From positions 2,542,001 to 2,606,000 of the forward strand of contig OZ218960.1 in NCBI GenBank assembly GCA_965112735.1: 64,000 nucleotides of DNA, in the 5' to 3' direction. The DNA is from Phaeosaccion multiseriatum. Taxonomy: Eukaryota > Protista > Ochrophyta, other classes. A model generated the notes under the pieces. It did no database searches. It was not told the origin of the DNA and was given only the letters and a program-made list of their open reading frames with translations. Below, piece by piece: positions 25,508-37,710 of the stretch (positions within the stretch are counted from its first letter, which is position 1; the number at the start of each line of letters is the position of its first letter). A program made the position numbers and the translations under genes.

Positions 25508-27354
25508 TCATGGGTTAGGGCCCAGGGACAGTGCCTGGGATACAACCGTATCATTGCAACTATTGATTGAAGCAAGCAAACATCTGGCCACCTCCACGCC
25601 ATCTCCACCAGTACCTAAGGTCCCAGCTTCGAGCTCGGCCTCCTCGATGAGAGACAGCGCCTCCTGATACTGCGGGGTGGTCTTGAACTTGGCGAGGAAG
25701 TTGCTGTCGAGCAGTGAGTACACCTCCCTCACAGCCGGCTCGAACACGTGCTTCCTGTCTTCCATCTGCGGTCAGAGGGGTGTGGGGAGCAAGGCAACGA
25801 GCAATGGATGAGGCGGGTGGGGAGTGAGTGAGTCTGAGGATCTGGTGAGTGTCAGACTGACTCATGGCCGCGTGGTTTGTGGCCTTCCCTCACTCCCCTC
25901 CTCCTCCCTCCGCGTACAATACCCCCGCCCCTTGCTTGCTACCTTGTCGCTGCTGCAGAAGACCGCTGCATCCGTGAGCCGCATCGTCGAGGCACGTATC
26001 TTTGAGTTGATGTTCACCTCCATATCGGAGTACTGCTGAATGTACTTGCGGCAGATGCCAACGTAAATGGCATGGGTGCTCTCCATGCTAGGCTTTTCCG
26101 CGGCTCGTCGTTGCTGCTGCTGCTGCTGCTGCTCCTCCTGCTGCTGTTTCTGCAGGGCTATGCCTCCTCCTTCTCCAGCGACAAGCGCCGCATCGTACTG
26201 CTCCACTGCCCGGAGGAAATCGAGACTCTCGATGCATATGGCCCGTCGAAGGAAGTCCTCAAACGGTACCACCATTGCAGGGGTCGCCAGAAGGCCCCTG
26301 GTGTCACCAAAGACGCTTCCGTCAGAAGCAGGAGGTGCCCCTCTTTCGGCCGTCTCGGGCAGCACTTGGGGTGATGAACGTGACTTCTTGCTTCCGCTGC
26401 TGCATCTTGGCTCAAGCAGTTTCGCACGGATGCTCGGGTCCCTGATCCAGCGCAAATCGCCCCACCAAAACAAGCTTGGGATGGGCATCACAGCACAAAA
26501 GAATGCGAAGATGAGATTGATGCTCGTTGACGAGGGGACCGAATCGTTGAGGTCTGACACGATGCGAACGGCAAAGTAGACACCGGCAAAAGCACCAAAG
26601 GAATGGGCATGAATAAGCAGCTCCTGTCCGACGAGCAGATCGTCGTTGGAGTCGCTGACTGCCTTGGACCATGCCAACAAGAAACCAAGAAGAGCCACGG
26701 AACACGCGATATGCAGTATCCACGGCTGGAACCAAAAGCAAAGGGCGTCTGGGCCATCGTGGAAGATCAAGGGCCTCCAAATGATCAGAGGAACGCAGAT
26801 CAGGGCTATGATCATCAGGCTGGATACTCCCATTATCTTCCATGCCCATACGGGGCCGATGATGTGTCGGTACTTCTCCCGGGTCTCAGAATCGCTCGTT
26901 GCAATAACCATCTTCACCCCTCGCAAAACGAAAGCCATGCCTGAGGATAACAACAGCGAGCCACAACAGAAGGTGAGACCAGGAAAGGGGGAGGGGGAGG
27001 TGCAACTGGCGGCTTCCTCATTGCTCAGTCAAGCAAGTCAAGAGCTCCCTCGCTCTGTACAGTAGTACAATGCATAGGGAGTCCAGTGGACTTACCCACT
27101 CCGCTGAAGCCCGTCCACCCGTCAAGCACTATGAAGGCACAAGAGAAGGACACCCCCTCCAGACGCCGGACCTCGACGAGGAGCATCATTCCTACGGAGC
27201 CGATGAGGTACAGACTGTGGCACAGCAGCAGGCCTGGAAATCTCGCCCTGACCAGCGGAACGTCTCGGGATTTCCAAAACCACCAGGCCTTAGGAAGCAT
27301 CACCGACAAGTAGATCACATAGCCAAGAACGGTAGCAATTGACTCCGCACGCAT
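25508..27354 (-). CDS. 7TM-RGS protein copy 1 (~504 aa). Exons 27354-27096, 26940-25943, 25765-25508
   Basis: Seven hydrophobic segments (including PLVRARFP after TM1 and NDDLLVGQEL before TM6) followed by an RGS domain: FEDFLRRAICIESLDFLRAVEQY ... ICRKYIQQYSDMEVNINSKIR ... VFEPAVREVYSLLDSNFLAKFKTTPQY. Canonical introns, in phase. Confidence 0.88.
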
Positions 27355-27409
27355 CGTGCGGCACTAGAACAGCTCACATGTACAAGAGACGGAACATTTT
27401 TACGTTACA

Positions 27410-30240
27410 AAAAGAAGTAGTTTGAGGAGAGCGAGTTTACGAGTCGATTACAAGAAATGTATATAGGCCTTTATCTCACCTGAAAGAATCAAAAGAATCA
27501 AAAGTATCAAACAAAAACCTGACTATATTTTATGAAATGGGTACTGCTGAAGACAAGTCAAAGCGACAAAGAATGTGGTAAGGGAGACATGCGAAGGCTG
27601 GACAGTGTGTTCACGGCCTCTCGAAGGTCCTAGACGCCCTCTGCAAATGCACGTCGAGACGGCTGTTGTCTCACTGCAGGTCCGATGCTCCCCGACGCGG
27701 CCTGCCTATGTTCCGCTCAGATGACCTCCTGCGTGGCGTCATGACCGCTCTGCTCACCAAAGCTCTCCTCTGCTCACCAAAGCCGATGAGCTCCTCCAAC
27801 GTCTCACCGGAAGAGCTGGGGTAACTGCTGTCGCTCTCGCTGTCGGAAGACGGGGCGCTCATCGCGAGAGCAACTGTACGCGCAGTCGCTGCGTCGAGCT
27901 TTACGCCCGAGGCTGGTCCAAGCACAGAGATGTGGCCTGCTGCCGCGGCCTTCGTCGAGGTCGGAAAAGTAACAGCTTGTCGAGAAGAATCTGGGACGGG
28001 AGACGCAAGAAAGAGAAGGAGGGAAACAAAAAGGGGGGAGGAGATAAGAGAGGGTCACACCAGCACAACACTCAGCTTATCGACACACTCTCTCTCTCCC
28101 TCCGTCTCTCTCTCTCTCTCTCTCGCGCCCGCCTCCTCTTTGTGCGTACCAATTGATCAAACCGGTGTTGTCTTGCTGTGCCGAACCGGAAGCAGCCTTG
28201 GTCACCCTGCGCGGTTTGCTGCCGGACTGGCTGGTGGCGGTGGAGTCATCGTGAAAGACCCATCACAGATACGGCAACCGCTTCCAGCTCCTTGTCTTCC
28301 CCTTAGAGAACACATTTCAATCCTCCTGGTGAACCTTTGGCTCTGCCCCTCCTCGCTTTCTTGCCACTTTGAGTAGGAGTGCTCGTATTGTTGCTCTGTC
28401 GAGTAGGGGGCGCCATGGTGCTGTTGCTGGTGAATGGGAGTAGGCAGGAGGCGTAGAGAAGAGATGAAACAAAACAACCAGGAAAAAAAAAACAATGAGA
28501 CGCGAAAAAGATGCGCATGCAAGACAGATCCAAGACCCCCTGGAAAAAAATGAGGGAATTGGAATTTTGGGTAATACACGTAAAGGAAACACGACAGTTA
28601 CGGCACCAAGGGTATTTACTCATATAGGCGTCGCGCGCGGCAACACGTCAGTGGGCAAACCGCGCTATAATGTAGTACCGAGTTCGAATCCTACCTGCGC
28701 TCCTGTTCCTAACGCAGGGCAAGCCTAAAGCGGTGTGGGCGTGATAATCTACACAACACGTGTGTGTGCGCGCGCGTGTGTGTGTGATCGTGTGTGTACC
28801 TTCAGACAGTTGCTGACTCTTCACGTTGTGTGTGACCAATTGATAGTGGGCTTGGCCTTTATCTTTCTGAACGTAACCTTGGGCACAGACGGCGTACACG
28901 AAGCGGAGAAACGGCAGAGAAAAATATATTGGCGAAGGTAAAAGGTGATGGAAAAATTCGTGAGTGTGTGGTTATTTTTTCAATGAATGTGTCGTAGCGG
29001 CCGCTGGTTCGATTACCATCGGGGCCGGGGAGGGGGATACACTTTCGGCCAAGTCGTAGGTGCCTCACAAGACGCACGATTGGGCCCTCAGGTGGACCCA
29101 ACACAGATGGCATTCTGTTGACTGATAACGTACTCACCTAGCGTGCTGACGGAAGGTGTGGCTTCCGGACATAGGCTTGACAATGAGGGTAAAGCCGCTC
29201 CCGGTTGTGGAGACGTACTGTAGTTCGTCTTCAGTAAACTATATCAGCCTGGACAATTGAAGATATGGAATATGGAATGCAGACAATGGGGGGAGAACGA
29301 AGTGGTGCAGAGGATGTGCATGCGGGAACAATGGGCACGACCGCGAGTTGTGTTAGCGGGGAATGACTTGAGGCAGTGTGGTTGTGAGTCAACTCCATCT
29401 CCAATGGCATTGATGCTGACCACTGCTTGGAGACGTTTCTTCCTCTGGGAGTATAGCAACAACTAGAATCAGATCATGCAAAAAGGCCACATCCCCGTGG
29501 AAGTTTGCGCGTCCTTCCTTACCATTCTGACTCTTTTCTCCATGCATCGCGCACGCGCCAGAGTTACAATGCTTTGCCATGAAGGCGACGAAAGGTCTCC
29601 ACCAACTCGACTGGGCAGTGATGGACAAGTGCACCGACTTGTAATTCCCTTTTGGCCCAACGCCGGCCAACTACGAGTTCTTCGCCGATGCTCTTGCCGC
29701 AGTGGCCCTCGCTGTTGCTGATAACAAGGGCCTTGCCGCCGCCGCAGGCTTCGGGGTGTCTTGTCAGTTGCTGTAGGTGTCTTCTTCCTTTCTGCAGGCC
29801 CAGTAGCCTTTGCGGGGGCAAGAAGGGGCATCACACGTCTGCCATCCTGGTCGCTCTCCGCCTCTGCCGTCAACAAAAGGAAGAGGGTCAGATCCATTCC
29901 CATGTAGTGAGCCGTGATCCGAGGGAAGGGGAACTCTTGCCGCCGGTGGTCAATCGAAGCGAGCGGGCCGTAGCCTGTGGATCAGCTTTGGAGTTTGAAG
30001 GGTGCAGGGTCTTCTCCTGGTGCTCATCTTGGTCGTTGCTGGCCGCGTGTGCATACGGGGGTGATGTCCGTGCTTAGAGCTTAATAAGGATGATTTTTGA
30101 TTTCCTGCCAGTAGCAAGTTTTAAGTTTCAATATCGAAAAACGTATTTTCAGCGAGTCCAGCATCACAAGAAGAAAAAATTTGACGCGCCTGCCCGCCCT
30201 GCTTTGGCACCCCCTGTAAATCGCATGTACCCCCCCTTAT
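27410..30240 (-). mobile_element. ~2.8-kb insertion carrying a decayed, intron-containing Replitron-like HUH (Y1) transposase; boundaries approximate
   Basis: Absent from the paralogous duplicated unit (33600-33720). Minus-strand fragments in collinear order: SVHLSITAQ..FMAKHCNSGACAM..GKEGRANFHG (~29640-29490), GSGFTLIVKPMSGSHTF..LG (exon ending 29138, GTGAG donor), GYVQKDKGQAHYQLVTHNVKSQQLSEG (exon 28877-28800). Stops and frameshifts are present. Confidence 0.65.
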
Positions 30241-30313
30241 ACAAATAAACGGACTGAACAGTTTGTTGCGATTGCAGCTCGGGCTCGGGCGCTTCTCCGC
30301 TTGATCGGCTGGT

Positions 30314-30407
30314 CAACCCCTGATGCACTATCCGCTATCCGTTATCGCCGGCGCCAGCCGATCCGCTATCCGCTATCGAAATGTGGGCGATAGTGCATCA
30401 GGGGTTG
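30314..30407. mobile_element. 94-bp MITE-like element with perfect 19-bp terminal inverted repeats
   Basis: CAACCCCTGATGCACTATC (30314-30332) and its exact reverse complement GATAGTGCATCAGGGGTTG (30389-30407); internal CTATCCG repeats; missing from the paralogous unit near 33690. Confidence 0.7.
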
Positions 30408-30616
30408 TGGCTGAGGCGCTAATCTGCTCGAGGCACAGAGCGCAGAGGGCGCGACATCATCCCGTGTGTACGGAGGGACAGTGTGCGTAGATGCGAAGGT
30501 GTTACAGGCTCAGGGTAGCTACCTCTCACGCCAGATGAGAGCACAGCCAGGACAGGGATTGTGTATTCCTCTCTGTATCACAAGTCAATCAAGCCGAGGT
30601 GGTCGCCCTTCAAGAG

Positions 30617-31240
30617 CTAGCTTGGCAGGGCTGCCGGGACGCAGGAGTCATACATGCTACACATAGCCAATGATGAGTGAAGTGCCTGCCTCGCCGCCTC
30701 CACGCCATGTCCCGCACTGTCTACCGTCCCAGGCTCGAGCTCAGTCTCCTCGTCGATGAGTGACAGCGCCTCCTGATACTCCAGGGTGGTCTTGAGCTTG
30801 GCGAGGAAGTTGCTGTCGAGTAGCCTGTAGAACTCCGTCACAGCCGCATGGAACACGTCTCTCCGGTCTTCGCTCGACCTGTGGTGTGCATGTGCCCGCC
30901 AGTGCGATGGGAGTAAAAGCAACGAGGCAACGGGGCAGCGATGGACGGTCGGGTGGGGAGGGAGTGAGGCAGGCTGGCTCCGCGCAGCGATGACCGGCGC
31001 TGCCGCAGCGTCTATGGTCATGTCTGATTTCTTGGCGTGCGACCCTTCCTCACCCCCGCTTCTTGCTTCTCCCTCCACATCCTCCCTCCACTTACCTTGT
31101 CGCTACTGCAGAAGACCGCTGCATCCACGAGCCGCATCGTCGAGGCACGCATCTTTGAGCTGATGCTCACCTCCATGTCGGAGTACTGCTGAATGTACTT
31201 GCGGCAGATGCCAACGTAAATAGCATGAATGCTCTCCATG
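30617..31240 (-). pseudogene. Truncated 7TM-RGS fragment (3' end of exon 2 plus exon 3)
   Basis: MESIHAIYVGICRKYIQQYSDMEVSISSKMR and VFHAAVTEFYRLLDSNFLAKLKTT; no TM region; the exon 3 acceptor is out of phase by a small insertion. Confidence 0.85.
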
Positions 31241-31748
31241 TGACCCGTTCTGACTGTCACCTTGCCTCTTGACGTGTTGCCTCTGCCCTGCCTCCGACAC
31301 CTCCTGCTCACGTCTGTCTACACTGTACCGCCCGCTCCACCTCGTGTTCGATGCCCTCCCACTTGGTTGCTGAACCGCCGAACCATTGTCTTACGCCCGA
31401 CGGTCCCCTGCTTGTGCCTCCTTCATCCTGCTACCTACTGATACCGCCCTGCGTCACCACCTCGCAGTCCAAGACCTTTGTGGTGATTCATCACTTCTCC
31501 ACACGGAGCAGCTCCACGAAATCGTCCAAGTCGGGGACGTGATGTTGCTCCGTCATCGGTCATCGGTCAGTCGGCCAGTCGGTCGGTCGGTCAGTCCGTC
31601 AGTCGGTCCGTCCGTCTTTCGGTCGGTCGGTCAGTCATTCAGTCGGTCTGTCGGTCAGTCCGTCAGTCGGTCCGTCCGTAGCTAGGCTTAGGTGGAGGCT
31701 ACTCTTCATGCGTTAGGGCCCACGGGCAGTGCCTGGGATACAACCGTA

Positions 31749-33562
31749 TCATTGCAGCTGCGGCTCTGGGCTATTGATTGAAGCAAGCAAACTTCTCGCC
31801 ACCTCCACGCCATCTCCACCAGTACCTAAGGTCCCAGCTTCGAGCTCGGCCTCCTCGATGAGTGACAGCGCCTCCTGATACTGCGGGGTGGTCTTGAACT
31901 TGGCGAGGAAGTTGCTGTCGAGCAGTGAGTACACCTCCCTCACAGCCGGCTCGAACACGTGCTTCCTGTCTTCCATCTGCGGTCAGAGGGGTGTGGGGAG
32001 CAAGGCAACAAGCAATGGATAAGGGTGGGGAGTGAGTGAGTCTGAGGATCTGGTGAGTGTCAGACTGACTCATGGCCGCGTGGTTTGTGGCCTTCCCTCA
32101 CTCCCCTCCTCCTCCCTCCGCGTAAAATACCCCCGCCCCTTGCTTGCTACCTTGTCGCTGCTGCAGAAGACCGCTGCATCCATGAGCCGCATCGTCGAGG
32201 CACGCATCTTTGAGTTGATGTTCACCTCCATATCGGAGTACTGCTGAATGTACTTGCGGCAGATGCCAACGTAAATGGCATGGGTGCTCTCCATGCTAGG
32301 CTTTTCCGCGGCTCGTCGTTGCTGCTGCTGCTGCTGCTGCTCCTCCTGCTGCTGTTTCTGCAGGGCTATGCCTCCTCCTTCTCCAGCGACAAGCGCCGCA
32401 TCGTACTGCTCCACTGCCCGGAGGAAATCGAGACTCTCGATGCATATGACCCGTCGAAGGAAGTCCTCAAACGGTACCACCATTGCAGGGGTCGCTAGAA
32501 GGCCCCTGGTGTCACCAAAGACGCTTCCGTCAGAAGCAGGGGGTGCCCCTCTTTCGGCCGTCTCGGGCAGCACTTGGGGTGATGAACGTGACTTCTTGCT
32601 TCCGCTGCTGCATCTTGGCTCAAGCAGTTTCGCACGGATGCTCGGGTCCCTGATCCAGCGCAAATCGCCCCACCAAAACAAGCTTGGGATGGGCATCACA
32701 GCACAAAAGAATGCGAAGATGAGATTGATGCTCGTTGACGAGGGGACCGAATCGTTGAGGTCTGACACGATGCGAACGGCAAAGTAGACGCCGGCAAAAG
32801 CACCAAAGGAATGGGCATGAATAAGCAGCTCCTGTCCGACGAGCAGATCGTCGTTGGAGTCGCTGACTGCCTTGGCCCATGCCAACAAGAAACGAAGGAC
32901 AACCGCGGAACACGCCATATGCAGTATCCACGGCTGGAACCAAAAGCAAAGGGCGTCTGGGCCATCGTTGAAGATCAAGGGCCTCCAAATGATCAGAGGA
33001 ACGCAGATCAGGACTATGATCATCAAACTGGATACTCCCATTATCTTCCATGCCCATACGGGGTTGATGATGTGTCGGTACTTCTCCCGGGTCTCAGAAT
33101 CGCTCGTTGCAATAACCATCTTCACCCCTCGCAAAACGAAAGCCATGCCTGAGGATAACAACAGCGAGCCACAACAGAAGGTGAGACCAGGAAAGGGGGA
33201 GGGGGAGGTGCAACTGGCGGCTCCCTCATTGCTCAGTCAAGCAAGTCAAGAGCTCCCTCGCTCTGTCCAGTAGTACAATGCATAGGGAGTCCAGTGGACT
33301 TACCCACTCCGCTGAAGCCCGTCCACCCGTCAAGCACTATGAAGGCACAAGAGAAGGACACCCCCTCCAGACGCCGCACCTCGACGAGGAGCATCATTCC
33401 TACGGAGCCGATGAGGTACAGACTGTGGCACAGCATTAGGCCTGGAAATCTCGCCCGGACAAGCGGAACGTCTCGGGATTTCCAAAACCACCAGGCCTTA
33501 GGAAGCATCACCGACAAGTAGATCACATAGCCCAGAACGGTAGCAATTGACTCCGCACGCAT
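31749..33562 (-). CDS. 7TM-RGS protein copy 2. Exons 33562-33304, 33148-32151, 31976-31749
   Basis: Near-identical to copy 1 including introns and flanks; intact frame. Confidence 0.88.
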
Positions 33563-33921
33563 CGTGCGGCAGTAGAACAGCTCACGTGTACGAGACACGG
33601 AATATTTTACCAGTTACAAGCACAAATAAAACAAAAGAAAAAAATGACAGTTTCACCAGTTTCAGTTTGTTGTGATTGCACAGGCTCGGGCTTGGTAAAG
33701 TTTCGCGCAGAGGCATCGTCCCGTGTGTAGCTACGGAGGGACAGTGTGCGTAGATGCGAAGGTGTTACAGGCTCAGGGTAGCTACCTCTCACGCCAGATG
33801 AGAGCACAGCCAGGACAGGGATTGTGTATTCCTCTCTGTATCACAAGTCAATCAAGCCGAGGTGGTCGCCCTTCAAGAGCTAGCTGGGCAAAGCGCTGGC
33901 GGGAAGCAGGAGTCATACATG

Positions 33922-35075
33922 CTACACATAGCCAATGATGAGTGAAGTACGTGCCTCGCCGCCTCCACGCCATGTCCCGCACTGTCTGCCTACCGTCCCA
34001 GGCTCGAGCTCAGTCTCCTCGTCGAGTTGCGACAGCTCCTCCTGATACTCCAGGGTGGTCTTGAGCTTGGCGAGGAAGTTGCTGTCGAGTAGCCTGTAGA
34101 ACTCCGTCACAGCCGCATGGAACACGTCTCTCCGGTCTTCGCTCGACCTGTGGTGTGCATGTGCCCGCCAGTGCGATGGGAGTCAAAGCAACGAGGCAAC
34201 GGGGCAGCGATGGACGGTCGGGTGGGGAGGGAGTGAGTCAGGCTGGCTCCGCGCAGCGATGACCGGCGCTGCCGCAGCGTCTATGGTCATGTCTGATTTC
34301 TTGGCGTGCGACCCTTCCTCACCCCCGCTTCTTGCTTCTCCCTCCACATCCTCCCTCCACTTACCTTGTCGCTGCTGCAGAAGACCGCTGCATCCATGAG
34401 CCGCATCGTCGAGGCACGCATCTTTGAGCTGATGTTCACCTCCATGTCGGAGTACTGCTGAATGTACTTGCGGCAGATGCCAACGCAAATAGTATGGGTG
34501 CTCTTCACGCTAGGCTTCTCCGCGACTCGTCGTTGCTGGTGGTGGTGGTGGTGCTGGTGCTGCTGGTCCTGGTGCTGCTGCTGCTGCTGCTCCTCCTCCT
34601 CCTCTTCCTCCTCCTCCTGTGGGCATGCGCCTCCCATTTCTCCAGCGACAAGCGCCTCATCGTACTGCTCCACTGCCCAGAGGAAATCGAAACTCTCGAC
34701 GCAGATGGCCCGCCGAAGGAAGTCCTCAAACGGCGCCGCCATTTCAGGTGTCGCCAGAATCGCTCTGGTGTCACCAAAGATGCACGATTCACAACCACGC
34801 CACCAGTATCGCACAAGTCACAACCACGGAAGACCCGATGAGGAGTATCCAAGGCTGGAACAAGTAGCACAGGGCATCCGGGTCATCGTTGAAGATCAAG
34901 GGCCTCCAAATGATCACACCAGGAACGCCGATCAGGGCTAGCTACCGTCATCACGTTAGACCCGACCACCATCTTCTATGCCCACAGCGGGTTGATGATG
35001 TGGTGGTAGTACTTCTCCCGGGTCTCAGAATCGCTCGTTGCAGTAACCATCTTAACCCCCCGCAAGACCAATGGC
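33922..35075 (-). pseudogene. Degraded 7TM-RGS copy (exon 1 and TM6-7 missing, frameshifts)
   Basis: Fragments LVLRGVKMVTATSDSETREKYYHHIINPLWA, FEDFLRRAICVESFDFLWAVEQY and FHAAVTEFYRLLDSNFLAKLK lie in different frames. Confidence 0.85.
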
Positions 35076-35440
35076 AAGGCTGAGAGCAACAAACAAGACG
35101 TGGCGGAATGAGCGGGGAGGGGAGGGGTGGAGGTGAGTGAAAGGATTTCATGCTTCTCTCTTCTTGCACCCGGCGGCTCGCTCCCTGAAAGGCTCAGCCC
35201 GGGAGTAGTCACTCCACTTACCCGCTGCGGGGAAGAGCAAGCCCGTTCACTCGCCAAGCACCAGGAAGACACAGAAGAAGGTTGCCTCCTTGAGACTCCG
35301 CACGTGTACAAGGAGAGTGGATCCTGTGTAGACGAGTCCTGCTGCTGTCAGAGCTCCGCAGCGAGAGAAAGGAAAGTCGCGATCCCACTGGCCAACCTTC
35401 CCCCTCCGTACCGCGAATGATGAGCTGCTGCATAGGCCAG

Positions 35441-37295
35441 CTACCCAGGCTCGTGTCCCACCGGGGAGGCGGTACTGCCGATGCTGCATCGGGTCATTGA
35501 CTTATGAAGCAAGCCTCTCGCCACCTCCACTCCATCTCCATCAGTACCTAAGGTCCCAGCTTCGAGCTCGGCCTCCTTGATGAGAGACAGCGCCTCCTGA
35601 TACTGCGGGGTGGTCTTGAACTTGGAGAGGAAGTTGCTGTCGAGCAGTGAGTACACCTCCCTCACAGCCGGCTCGAACACATGCTTCCTGTCTTCCATCT
35701 GCGGTCAGAGGGGTGTGGGGAGCAAGGCAACAAGCAATGGATAAGGGTGGGGAGTGAGTGAGTCTGAGGATCTGATGAGTGTCAGACTGACTCATGGCCG
35801 CGTGGTTTGCGGCTTTCCTTCACTCTCCCCCCTCCTCCCTCCACTCACCTTGTCGCTGCTGCAGAAGATCGCTGCATCCATGAGCCGCATCGTCGAGGCA
35901 CGCATCTTTGAGTTGATGTTCACCTCCATGTCGGAGTACTGCTGAATGTACTTGCGGCAGATGCCAACGTAAATGGCATGGGTGCTCTCCATGCTAGGCT
36001 TTTCCGCGGCTCGTCGTTGCTGCTGCTGCTGCTGCTGCTCCTCCTGCTGCTGTTTCTGCAGGGCTATGCCTCCTCCTTCTCCAGCGACAAGCGCCGCATC
36101 GTACTGCTCCACTGCCCGGAGGAAATCGAGACTCTCGATGCATATGGCCCGTCGAAGGAAGTCCTCAAACGGCGCCGCCATTTCAGGGATCGCCAGGATG
36201 TCTTTGGTGCGGCCAAAGGCGCTTCCATCATGAACGGCGGTCGATGCCACTGTGCTGGGACCCACTCGGGATGAGCGCACCCATTTGCCGTGACTACGGA
36301 GTCTCGGCTTGAGCATCTGCGCTCTGACTTGCGGGTCCTTGATCCAGCGTAAATCCCCGTACCAAAACAAGCTCATGACGGGAAGCAAGGCGCACAGGAA
36401 TGCAAAGATGAGATTAATGCTCGTCGACGAGGGGAGCGAATCGCTGAGGTCTGACACGATTCGAACGGCGAAGTAGACGCCGCCAAAAGCAGCATAGAGA
36501 CTGGCAATAACAAGCAGCTCCTGTCCGACGAGCAGGTCGTCGTTGGAGTTGTAGACTGCCTTGGCCCACACCAACATCAAACCAAGGAGACCTAAAGAAT
36601 ACACCGTACTGAGTATCCACGGCTGGAAAAGGTAGCACATGGCGTCTGGGCCGTCATGGATGATCAAGGGCCTCCAAATAAGCACAGGAATGCAGATCAG
36701 GACCACAGTCGTCAGGGAAGGGTAGACCACGACCTTCCATGCCCACACCGGGCTGATCACGTATCGGTACTTCTCCCGGATCTCAGAATCGCTCGTTGCA
36801 ATAACCATCTTCACCCCCCGCATAACCACAGAGAGGCCTGTGAACAGCAACAATGACACAGCACATAGATGCAGAGGGGGGGGGGTGGGATCGGGGGGTG
36901 GAACAAGTAGCTGCGCGTAAAGATTGACGTCATGCTTAGCTATTAGTTGATAGACCGCAGTCATTTTCTCTCTTACTCCAGGCACCTCCCTCATTACTCA
37001 GAGCGGCGTGACATAGGGAGTGATCATTGGACTTACCCGCTGCGGGTATGCCCATCCATCCGTCAATCACGAGGAAGACACAGGAGAAGGATGCCTCCTC
37101 GAGACGCCGCACCTCGACGAGGAGCATCAATCCTACCGAGACGACAAGGTATAGGCTGTAGCACAGCACCAGGCCTGGATATCTAGCCCGGATAAGCGGA
37201 AGGTCTCGGGATGTCCACAACCACCAGGACTTATGAAGCATCACCGACAAGTAAATCGCAAAGGCCAGGACGATTGCAATTGACTCTGCACGCAT
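35441..37295 (-). CDS. 7TM-RGS protein copy 3. Exons 37295-37037, 36837-35849, 35698-35441
   Basis: Same exon/intron structure and phases as copy 1; diverged TM region; RGS domain almost identical to copies 1 and 2. Confidence 0.87.
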
Positions 37296-37626
37296 CGTGC
37301 TGAGTCCGGTCCTCTGTCCCTGCAGATGCTGCAACGCTATCTCCCTTCTCCTCTGGGCGGAAGGTGGCCGCCGCAATCCCCACCCCCCAGTACTTGCCTT
37401 ATATGTACGAAATGAAGGGGGACATAGGTTAGTCAGGGAAATGCGTTACAGCCCTGTTGGTGCTCTGCGGTCGCCATCTGCGTATTTTGTTTTCCTTTTT
37501 TTCCCTCCCCCTCCCCTTCACCCTTTCAATTTCTTCATTTTTTTTTTTTCCTCATTTCCTTTCTTACTCCTATTAAATGATGAAAATGAAACAAGGGAGT
37601 AGAAGGGCCCCGTCCTGCGGGCCCTC

Positions 37627-37710
<84 letters not shown>

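Noticed and set aside
27671-28417. Possible small spliced minus-strand gene within the insertion
   Set aside because: Short, interrupted frames with no recognisable motif; cannot be supported as a gene.
28630-28705. tRNA/SINE-like segment with a B-box (GAGTTCGAATCC)
   Set aside because: No convincing cloverleaf or A-box; it lies inside the decayed insertion.
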